A stretch of DNA of 64,000 nt, from contig QPMI01000581.1 in the NCBI GenBank assembly GCA_004431415.1, forward strand, positions 36,021 to 100,020. The letters run 5' to 3'. The notes below the pieces were generated by a model. That model saw only the letters and a program-made list of their open reading frames with translations. It searched no databases and was not told the origin of the DNA. Below are positions 18,060-27,237 of the stretch, piece after piece (the stretch's first letter is position 1; each line of letters opens with the position of its first letter). Source of the stretch: Cyanophora paradoxa CCMP329 (Eukaryota > Plantae > Glaucophyta). The translations under genes and the position numbers were made by a program.

Positions 18060-21000
18060 ATGCCCCGAATTAGCAACAGACTCATTAGAGAAAAGAAATG
18101 GGAACTCATGGGATTACTGGGAACACTGTATGCAGCCCATGAAATAACAGAGGCTGAATATGACCGGGAAATCGGATTTATTTCAAGGGGCAGACCCACT
18201 TTGGCAAAATTGACCAGAAAAGCCAATAACCTCTATGACAAAGTTGAGACTCTTGATGAACTGGATCGCCTTAGGCAAATAGAACCAGAGGCAGAAGATG
18301 GAACAGCTATGAATGAATTATATCGCTGGCTCACATACAGAGCCAGAAGGGAAGTTGTTGTAGATGTGATTGAATATCTAGATAGAATTGCAACCTCTCT
18401 ACCAAAACGTTTAAGGGATAGTCTGGATCAATTCAGGGCAATTAAGGTTCGCTTATCGTTTATCTGCAAGTTCGTTAAAGTCAGCAATCCACAGGTTTGG
18501 ATATCGAAATACATTTACAGCGATTATTTTGTATTAACCAAATCGAGAAATATTCGAACTGAGCTGAATAAAGCAGCCCAAATTTGTCAGGAGCAGATGA
18601 ATGTTGTTGATAGCTATCGATTGGAGAGAATCGAAATGCTCAGAGTAGCTATTATGAGTTATGCTCCTACTGGTGGTTGCTATGTGAAAACACCTGAATC
18701 AATTGCAACCAAGAGAGCCACAGTGAATATTCGAAATATTGATGATTCTTGCTTTGAAAATGCCATATTAGCCTGGATCCACAGGAAAGATGTTAATTCC
18801 CACAAGAGAAGTGAGCTTACACAGTATCGTAAATGGAAATACTCACCAACCACATACAACCCATATGCACTCAATTTTGACAATATCCCATTCCCTGTTC
18901 CCTGTGATGCTGAAGTAATTGATAAATTCGAATCTCAAAATGCAGGCATTAGCATAAACATCTTTGGAATCGATGGAGAGGTCATTTATCCACTGCATCA
19001 ATCCAGTAACCCAGGCAGAAAGCAAAAGATTAATCTCATGCTCATTCATGATGATGAAGGGAATGGTCACTACATTACTATTATGTCACTCTCAAGACTT
19101 CTGAGAGTTGCCCTTGATAAAACCAATGATCAGAAGTTACACTACTGTGACACATGCTTATCTCGATTCAGGTCTGAGGCTAAACTCACTGCTCATGTGG
19201 ACTCAAATAGATGCATTGATTGGAGACTCTCAAAGGGAATCACCCCTAAACCTGAGACCACCATAGAGTTTGGACTGAAAAACCTTAGGAAAACTGTCTG
19301 GCTTCCTGTTGTGGTCTACTGCAAGATTGAACACAGAAGCATCCCCTTAGATGCATCGAAATCCAAGAGGGAAGTCTCAGCAGTCAACCTTAGAGTAGTC
19401 ACTGGGGAAGATGTTCAAGATTTTCGATTTGAGGGGCAGGATCCAATGGGAGGTCTCTTTGAATGCTTGGAGTCCAAAGCAAGAGAGCTGATCGATTTCC
19501 TGTTCACCAATATTCCCATGAATGAACTCACAGATGAGCAAAAGGCTGTTTACAGGGCTACTAAACACTGTTACCTTTGCAGTGAGAGGTTCACTAAGGA
19601 GAACTTCAAATGCAGAGATCATGATCACCACACAGGTCAGTACATTGCTCCTGCATGCAGAAACTGCAATCTGCATAGGAGAATCTCAAAGCAAACAAAA
19701 GTAGCAGTGGTTGTTGACCAAATGGATGACTGTGGGTCATTCATTTTCAGAAAAATAGCAGGTTTGGGAGATAAAAAGCGAATCGAAATCCTCTCAAAAA
19801 ACTTTGATCAATACCTTTCATTGCAATGGGGTCTTTACAAGTTCATTGATGCAAGTAATTTTATGGACTTTGGAGCTGCTGATGTGAATGAGTTAATGGA
19901 CAAATTCCAGGCTTTTAGAAGGCTTTCACACTCAGTATATGGACTTGACCCAGTTCATTATGTATCTGCCCCTGGGCTATCTTGGGATGCTATGTTAAGG
20001 ACCACCAAGGCAAAAATAGAGCTTATAAGTGATGTAGAGCAATACGAATTTGTTGAGAGGGGAATCAGGGGTGGCTTTGCAACAATGCCTTGCAGGTATG
20101 CTGAGGCTGATGGTGAAAACTCCCATATAATGCTGTTTGATGCTAACAACCTGTATGGCTACTGTTTGAGTCAGCCAATCCCAGTTGGTGATTTTAGATG
20201 GGAGACCGAATTCAACCCACAAGATAACAGATCCAGTTTCCTGGAAGTTGATCTGGATTACCCAATTAGGCTATATCTAGACCACAGTGATTTCCCCCTA
20301 ATTATTAACAAGAAAATAGTAGAATATGCAGAATTATCACAATATCAAAAGAGCCTATTAGATCTCTCAGGAGAAGAGCTTGATAAAACCCCTAAGCTAA
20401 CTGCAACCTTTGGTTCTGTGACCAACTATGTGGTTTCTGAGCCTCTCCTACAGTATCTGTTGGACAAAGGTGTGAAACTAAAAAAGGTTCACAGGGTCCT
20501 ATCATTTACTGTGGCTCCTGTAATGAAACCCTATATTGAGCTGAATACTGAGATGAGAAGGAAAGCAGTGAATAAATTCGAGGCTGATTTCTATAAGCTC
20601 ATGAATAACTCAATCTATGGGAAATGCATTGAATCTTGCAGAGGTAGATCTGTGGTTAAGATTGCAAACAGTGAGAAACTGTTTATGAAATATGCAGCCT
20701 CTCCATTGGTGAAATCAACCAGCCCCATAAACGAAAAAGCAGTTGCCTTTGAGTTTTACACAAAACATGTGAAGCTAGATAAGCCAGTTGCAATTGGGGC
20801 TTATGTTTTGGATGCTGCCAAACTGCATAATTACCAGTTCTTCTATGATACTGTAAGGTCCCAGTGGTCCAAAGCCAAGTTACTTTTCCATGATACTGAT
20901 TCCTTTTGTCTATATATCGAATCTAAGACCCTCCAAGAGGACCTAGATAATATATCCTATAATCTGGACCTAGGGGGATCTAACAGAATGACCCCAGGTA

Positions 21001-21305
21001 AATACAAAAATGAGATGCCAGGTTCTGCTATATTGGAGTATGTGGGTCTGAGAGCTAAAGTGTACAGTTTCAGAACTGCAGAGATTGAGAGAAGTAAGCT
21101 CTCTGGGACTTCAACTGAGGAACTCCAATTTAATGATTTTAAGCAGTGTTTATTTGCAGGTATCAGCAAGACTGTGACTGCAAAGCAGAAGAGAAGGGCA
21201 GATCACACAATAATAGATACTGTGAGTAGAAGGGTTGCCCTGAACTGCTTTGATGCAAAGAGATACATCTTACCAGATGGTATTAATTCTGTTCCTTTTA
21301 ATTAA
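18060..21305 (+). CDS. polB: Protein-primed family B DNA polymerase with an EndoVII-like insertion; exonuclease motifs degenerate
   Basis: DANNLYG, KLMNNSIYGK and HDTDSF motifs. N-terminal NIDDSCF...GHY (TP/vOTU-like region). RDHDHHTG...ACRNCN. Confidence 0.92.
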   Translation: MPRISNRLIREKKWELMGLLGTLYAAHEITEAEYDREIGFISRGRPTLAKLTRKANNLYDKVETLDELDRLRQIEPEAEDGTAMNELYRWLTYRARREVVVDVIEYLDRIATSLPKRLRDSLDQFRAIKVRLSFICKFVKVSNPQVWISKYIYSDYFVLTKSRNIRTELNKAAQICQEQMNVVDSYRLERIEMLRVAIMSYAPTGGCYVKTPESIATKRATVNIRNIDDSCFENAILAWIHRKDVNSHKRSELTQYRKWKYSPTTYNPYALNFDNIPFPVPCDAEVIDKFESQNAGISINIFGIDGEVIYPLHQSSNPGRKQKINLMLIHDDEGNGHYITIMSLSRLLRVALDKTNDQKLHYCDTCLSRFRSEAKLTAHVDSNRCIDWRLSKGITPKPETTIEFGLKNLRKTVWLPVVVYCKIEHRSIPLDASKSKREVSAVNLRVVTGEDVQDFRFEGQDPMGGLFECLESKARELIDFLFTNIPMNELTDEQKAVYRATKHCYLCSERFTKENFKCRDHDHHTGQYIAPACRNCNLHRRISKQTKVAVVVDQMDDCGSFIFRKIAGLGDKKRIEILSKNFDQYLSLQWGLYKFIDASNFMDFGAADVNELMDKFQAFRRLSHSVYGLDPVHYVSAPGLSWDAMLRTTKAKIELISDVEQYEFVERGIRGGFATMPCRYAEADGENSHIMLFDANNLYGYCLSQPIPVGDFRWETEFNPQDNRSSFLEVDLDYPIRLYLDHSDFPLIINKKIVEYAELSQYQKSLLDLSGEELDKTPKLTATFGSVTNYVVSEPLLQYLLDKGVKLKKVHRVLSFTVAPVMKPYIELNTEMRRKAVNKFEADFYKLMNNSIYGKCIESCRGRSVVKIANSEKLFMKYAASPLVKSTSPINEKAVAFEFYTKHVKLDKPVAIGAYVLDAAKLHNYQFFYDTVRSQWSKAKLLFHDTDSFCLYIESKTLQEDLDNISYNLDLGGSNRMTPGKYKNEMPGSAILEYVGLRAKVYSFRTAEIERSKLSGTSTEELQFNDFKQCLFAGISKTVTAKQKRRADHTIIDTVSRRVALNCFDAKRYILPDGINSVPFN

Positions 21306-21308
21306 GAG

Positions 21309-22694
21309 ATGCCAGCAACTGGAAGAATAGTTAGGAGAACCACTGACCAACTGCAAGGGAACCTACTGCCAATCACAGTTCCCAAGGAGGAAAAGGGGGA
21401 ATCTCGAATTGTTAAAAAGTCTGAAATGAAAGAGCTTGTCCCTGTAGAGATCCCAGTTGCTATTGCAGTGAAAGAAACCAGCAAGATTGCCAAGAGATTC
21501 TATGATGTGAGAACTGGTTACAAAGGGCTTCAAGCTATGAGGGCTGAGTTACCTGATGAATCCTATAAGCAGTTGCAAGAGTTCTATAAAAAACAGGAAG
21601 TTGTTCAGATCAATGCACCTGCTATATCTAGGAAGAGAGATCCCATGGTTCCAATTAGGCAACCCCTTGATACCTATGTGATTGATTTGCTCTTTTTCCC
21701 AGCTTATAAGAAACAAAACAATGGATATGATACATTTATGACTGCAATGGAATCAACACTAAGAACTGGGTATATTATACCTATAAGAGATAAATCAGCT
21801 CTCACTACATTAGCTGCATTTAAACAGCTTGAAATGAGAGTGGCAAGACCCATAGTAAAAGTTCAATCAGATGCTGGGAGTGAGTTCCAAAATCGAATAT
21901 TCCAGGAGTATTTATCTGGTAAATACATAGAACACCAAGTGAGTGGAACTGCTGACCACAGAAGCCAAGGTCGAATTGAAGCCTTCAACAAGCAGATTAA
22001 GAGACTGATCACAAACTACTGCATAGCTAATAACACAGCTAGATTCTTTGATGTGTTAGGTGATATTGAGTATAATTATAATAATACAGTCCACTCAGCT
22101 ACTAAGATGAAGCCAGTCGAAACTACAGAGGAGCATTATAGGTATATTGTGGGATTAGAAGATGAGAGATTCAAGAAATCAATAGCTTACCTTGATACCA
22201 TGCAGCCTGGCATGTTTGTTAGAGTGAAAGTTGAGAAGAACCCCTTTGCTAAACAGGGTAACAATTGGTCTAGGATGGTTTACACTGTTGATAGTAGGGA
22301 AGGCTTTAAGTTTAAGCTAAGGAGTCCCACTGGTGAGATCATAGATAACAGGTTTGCTTTCCATGAGCTGTTGCCTGTGAATGCAGTTGAGTATCTGGAA
22401 ACCCCTACAGTGGATGCCTTGGAGCAAGCTAAAGAGGAAGCCAGAGTTGATGCTGCTATAAGGAGAGAGGGCATAGAAGCTGCTAATGAAGTCCCAGATA
22501 AGCCTCTGATAGAGGCTAGGAAGGAGAAGGCTGGGAAAGTTAGCAGGGAACTCAAAAAGCTCACCATAGCAGGCACACAGAAACTTTCAGAAGTGAATAG
22601 CCAGAGGTGGTATAATGACTTTCAGACTACTAAGGAGTCATATACAGCCCCTAAACCTCAGAGAACACTAAGAGAAAGGACCAAAACTAGCTAG
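21309..22694 (+). CDS. Retroviral-like (rve, DDE) integrase of Polinton type
   Basis: YVIDLLF / VQSDAGSEF / QGRIEAFNKQIK, YNNTVHSATKMKP, and an SH3-like C-terminal region. Confidence 0.92.
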   Translation: MPATGRIVRRTTDQLQGNLLPITVPKEEKGESRIVKKSEMKELVPVEIPVAIAVKETSKIAKRFYDVRTGYKGLQAMRAELPDESYKQLQEFYKKQEVVQINAPAISRKRDPMVPIRQPLDTYVIDLLFFPAYKKQNNGYDTFMTAMESTLRTGYIIPIRDKSALTTLAAFKQLEMRVARPIVKVQSDAGSEFQNRIFQEYLSGKYIEHQVSGTADHRSQGRIEAFNKQIKRLITNYCIANNTARFFDVLGDIEYNYNNTVHSATKMKPVETTEEHYRYIVGLEDERFKKSIAYLDTMQPGMFVRVKVEKNPFAKQGNNWSRMVYTVDSREGFKFKLRSPTGEIIDNRFAFHELLPVNAVEYLETPTVDALEQAKEEARVDAAIRREGIEAANEVPDKPLIEARKEKAGKVSRELKKLTIAGTQKLSEVNSQRWYNDFQTTKESYTAPKPQRTLRERTKTS

Positions 22695-23034
22695 TTTGCT
22701 AGGCGAAAACTCGTTTTTTCCAAATATATGTATGACTGATATACATATATGCATATGATATACACATAGTCTTGTAGATCTTTTCAAGCGCTTCACAGCG
22801 ATATGCAGAACGTTGCGGTTTGACAATCTGGTGATGCGATACAAGCGTTTGAAGATGCCGATAATCGATTTTTCGAAATTTCGGCAAGATTTCGGAATGA
22901 TGCATCATAATGATGTAATAATGATGTATCATGAACCTATAACATATATATATCGCCGTGATCGTCATGATCTCCCGAGTCCGATGGTGTGTCATATATA
23001 TCATATACATATACATTATCATGATGACGTCATG

Positions 23035-23235
23035 GTAATCGATTACAGGTAATCGATTACATCCATGTAATCGATTACATTTATATAGAGAAATTAGGTA
23101 ATCGATTACAAATCGATTACATTTATATAGAGAAATAAGGTAATCGATTACAAATCGATTACATTTATATAGAGAAATAAGGTAATCGATTACAAATCGA
23201 TTACATTTATCTAAAAAAATTAAGTAATCGATTAC
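23035..23235. repeat. Array of the palindrome GTAATCGATTAC, partly in 42-bp tandem units
   Basis: About ten AATCGATTAC copies read directly. Confidence 0.9.
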
Positions 23236-23653
23236 TTTTGCGTTAATATCACATATATACACATAAACCCAATACAAAACACTAAAACGCATGTATCTCT
23301 TCACCAACTCATCATCTGACAAAACAAAAAACAGATTCGGAATCCTCTTGACAAGACCTGCGTGACGATGTAAGTATCATAGGCTCAATAATTCAGTCAT
23401 TTATAAGCATCTCCCCTTCATTCCCCAATTATAATTTAAGTGGACTCAAGGTTGACTCATATTAATCGTAAAAGTAGTAAAAGTATATGGATTTTGTTAC
23501 GAATTCAATGGGAGGGTTGACTAAGTGGGTTGAGTTGACTCAAATTTCACAGGAAATAACAATGAATCAGAGTATAAATGCATTTTTTGAATCAACTACA
23601 CCAACTAACACTGAGAAAGTAGAAGATATCATATAGTATTACCATATATGGTT

Positions 23654-23835
23654 TGTCAGGCACTATAATATAGTTGTCAGGCACTTATATAGTATGTCAG
23701 GCATTGTCAGGCACCTTTTTAGAAAACTTTTCTATAATTCAAATTTCATTGTTGATCCAAACAATGATTTTGCCAAAATAAAATACTTTGTCAAAATCGA
23801 TGGATTTAATGCCTGACAAATAAATGCTGCCTGAA
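23654..23835. repeat. TGTCAGGCA iterons (4 direct, 1-2 inverted)
   Basis: Copies at 23654, 23675, 23695 and 23705; TGCCTGACA at 23810. Confidence 0.8.
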
Positions 23836-23914
23836 AGATTTTAAATCACATTCCTAAGATCACATTTGAATCAACTACACCAACTAACACTGAGATTTTA
23901 ACAATGAATGAGGT

Positions 23915-24035
23915 CCTTACTGAATATGGTATGTGTGACAGGTGTGACAGGTCTATCCCGTGGATTTTCAAAATCAATTTCTCACTAGGACTTTCCTTGG
24001 GATGGACCTGTCACACCTGTCACACCTGTCACACC
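23915..24035. repeat. Second GGTGTGACA iteron hairpin, an inverted homolog of 14618-14740
   Basis: CCTTACTGAA flank, two direct units, loop, three inverted units. Confidence 0.85.
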
Positions 24036-24285
24036 CAATTATTTCAAAAATCCTAAGGGTCCCCCCTTAGAATCATTAAAACATGATAAAAACATATAAG
24101 TTTCATGTATAATTACGATTGAATTCAATAAGAGATCGATTTGTTTTATTTAACAAATGAATCTTTTATGGATCTTAATCGAGTTTAGCGATATATTTCC
24201 GATTAAATGAATTAAATTTAATTAAATTTAATCGAGAAAGTACATGAATATAATATCGATTAAATCAATTAACAAACAGACCAAT

Positions 24286-24570
24286 CACAAATAGTAAAAT
24301 GCGGAGTTTTAACCAGAGGCAAGATCTAATTGAGATTCAGTTATATTATTCGGAAATATATACAGATTATCGATAGACTCAGTAAGACTAATCGGAAAAT
24401 AAGAGAAATTTACGATAAAATATCGAAAAGAATACAAAATAAACGAAATAAATGAATATTCGATAAGATATACACAGATTAACGATTGATTGAAATAGAA
24501 TATACGAGATATATCAACAAAATCAATTAAGATAAGCCGAGGGTTAAAACTCCGCATTTTACTATGTGTG
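24286..24570. repeat. Terminal stem of E2, homologous to 10500-10795
   Basis: ATAGTAAAATGCGGAGTTTTAACC pairs with GGTTAAAACTCCGCATTTTACTAT. The spacer is alignable with that of E1. Confidence 0.88.
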
Positions 24571-26437
24571 GGGTGAAATTGATGGGATTCCAACTGAGTT
24601 CCCACCAAGCAAACATGAACATATTTGGGATGAGATCAATGACCAACCAGAATTTGCAAAGGTGGAGCCTCTTGATAACTTGGGGGTTTCTCTTTACCAG
24701 ACTTGTAATATCCCTGAAAGGATCTTTTTGAATGAACACTATGTTCATGTGAATGGGACACTTGCAAATTCAGCTATGAGAGGACCACTTCATATTAGGA
24801 CATTACCAGGCTCTTTTGAAACCCCACCACCACCAGGAGCAACCATACCAAATATCTTTGTGTCAAGCTACATGGAGGCTGACATTCCCACAGATACATT
24901 CAGAGTCCCAACAGACCCAGCAACCTACCAAAATTACAACTCTGCTATACAGGTTCATGTAGCAGATGTAAGCAGCTTAGATGGCTCAAGACCAATGATA
25001 GTTTTCAGTCGAGATAAGTATTCCTACATTCCCATAGTGGGAACTGCAAATGATAATTATGGAAGGGCAGAGCTTGCATGGATTAAAACAGATTATGGTG
25101 GGGTTCTGGAAGCCAATCAAAGAATGGCTGCAAAAAACATACACAATGAGAGCATTTCGAGAGTAGTCACAGAGGATTACCTTCAAGCTCAGAACTACAT
25201 AGATGAAACAGAACTAAATACAATCATTGCAGGTATAGGTATTGGTGTTACAGGCAATTACCTCCCTCTCACAGGTGGGACTATTGATGGAACAGTAACA
25301 GCATGTAACTTCTTTGTCCATACTGAAAGCAATCAAACCTTTCCTGTGGTTCATCCAGGAGGTGAGTATGAGATACCTGATGATCCAGCTATTATGCCCA
25401 TTAAGATTGATCTCCCTTCTGATTATGTAGGAAGGGGTGAACTAAAGACCATCTCTTTCACAGGAGATTATAATGATCTCATAAATAAACCTACTGCTGC
25501 AAATCTGCATCCTGTTGCATTTTCGGGTAGTTTCCTTGATCTAAATAATAGATCACACACCCACACAAAGGCAGAAATCACAGATTTTGCACACACTCAC
25601 ACCAAATCACAAATTACAGATTTTGCACACTTCCACACAAGAGCAGATATCACAAATTTCGCTCACACTCATGTTAAATCAGAGATATTAGATCTCGGAA
25701 ATGTTGCATATGTGGGTCACACCCATACCAAGGCAGAGATTACAGATCTTGGAAATGTTGCATATGTTGGTCACACCCACACAAAGGCAGAGATTACAGA
25801 TTTTGCACACACTCATGATTGGAATACAGATATCTATAACAAACCTGCAATTTTCTCAGGAAACTACAATGATTTGACCAATAGACCAACTCTTGATCCT
25901 TTCACAGCCACCACAATCAGAGCCAACAACACAATGTATGTAGGATCAGGTCAGATTGTAGAACCAGCAGGACCTATGTTTGAAGAAACATGGTTCTTCC
26001 ACAATTCGCAGAATTACTTTGATAAAACCTTACTTGTTCGTGGAAATGCCTATGCAAGAAATTTCTATGCTATGAACCCCTCAAATAATGCGACCATCAG
26101 TCGATGTATTACAGAGGCAGATCTTTCCAGTCAACTCAATGCATATTTTAATGGGAAAATCCAAGCAGGAACGTATGTTTACACTACTCCTTATCTTTGG
26201 GCAAATCCTGACCATAGGTTTAACCTCACTATTAATTTCAACAGCAGCTTTGCTAACCCTCCTATTGTAACAACTGGTATACAACACAATGAGACAGCCT
26301 ACTACTATCGAATGTATGTTAGGCTTAAACAAGTTTACAGTAGCTATTTCACTTGTGAGCTTGACATAGTTCCATTAAGTTCTTTTGACAGACCAGGATT
26401 TCCAGTTACAATTCATTACATTGCTGTCGCAATTTAA
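24571..26437 (+). pseudogene. 3' part of the fibre gene (homolog of 21-4136), cut off by E2
   Basis: Begins mid-repeat (WGEIDGIPTEFPP). The C-terminal ~400 aa are near-identical to ORF 21-4136. Confidence 0.85.
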
Positions 26438-26456
26438 CTATTTCGTAATTATAAAG

Positions 26457-26851
26457 ATGACCTCTCTATTAGAAATCCCAAACTATGAACTTGCAGCCAA
26501 ATCACTTCATAGCACCTCTCATGGAGTAGTTGATTCAACACCTGGGTATATTTGCACTGAAACTTCAAGTAATACCTCTTTCACAGAGAATAATATACTC
26601 AGAGTCAAAGAAATTCGATGTGATCGAAATGGAGGCAAGATAAGAACCACAGGAATTATTATCTCGAATAAAAATCAAGTTCAAGCAGGTCAAGTAGTCC
26701 CAGATTCAGCAGTGTATGATAATGTGGGTGGATTCACCACAGCAAAGATAGTAACTTTCGATAACACAATAAATAATTCGGCTCTTGTTGTCAAGAGTGG
26801 AGGAGCATACATTGGAGATGGGGCAAATGTTGCAGGGACTGTAACAGCGAA
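26457..26851 (+). pseudogene. 5' part of a spike paralog (homolog of 4156-5226), truncated by E4
   Basis: Homology stops abruptly at GTVTA. The Pro-rich tail that follows is read-through into the E4 terminus. Confidence 0.82.
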
Positions 26852-27237
26852 AAAAAATGAGAGTACCCCCATCGGGGTGGGCCCGCCCTCTTTGCCACCC
26901 TCAACCCCCAAACCCACCCCTCACTCACCCACTCCAGCGCCTTCCCAGCCCTCATTCTTTCCCACTCTCTCGCTACGTCTACCGCCCTTCTCTCCCTCTG
27001 GTCTACCTCCCCTTCCATCCAGCAACCACTAGGTAGTATCTAGTGTCTAGGTCGATCGATATTGCAAAACGATATAGCAGTGAATTGAGGCGGGCCCCCA
27101 AACGCGCCGGTCTTTGAATCACCAACGGGTCACCGCAATTGAGGTTTCTCTTATTTTGTCATAAAGAGATCCCTTTCCAATATTGCTATGTGAAGTTGCG
27201 TTTGGAACAAGCAAAAAAATTGTGATATATACTTCCA

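Larger units (their letters stand above)
10796..24570. mobile_element. E2: right part of a Polinton-like virus (MCP tail, ATPase, primase-helicase, pPolB, rve integrase), inserted into the fibre gene of E3
   Basis: Hallmark genes, plus a right terminus homologous to that of E1 abutting a headless fibre ORF. Confidence 0.78.
24571..26851 (+). mobile_element. E3: internal fragment of a third PLV (relative of E1), interrupted on both sides
   Basis: Homologous to ~1270-4550 of E1, but with synonymous and amino-acid divergence in its 5' part. Confidence 0.7.

Noticed and set aside
17948-18226. N-terminal extension of ORF 17630-18226
   Set aside because: It overlaps the pPolB start and the promoter region. 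The RING gene more plausibly starts at 17947.
22699-23322. 207-aa minus-strand ORF and overlapping 22813-23052
   Set aside because: Translations of palindromic and low-complexity repeats.
24571-26851. Assembly duplication of 1.3-4.5 kb
   Set aside because: Many synonymous changes and a strongly diverged 5' part show it is a distinct paralogous element.
26852-27032. Proline-rich C-terminal domain of ORF 26385-27032
   Set aside because: Read-through into the C-rich terminus of E4.
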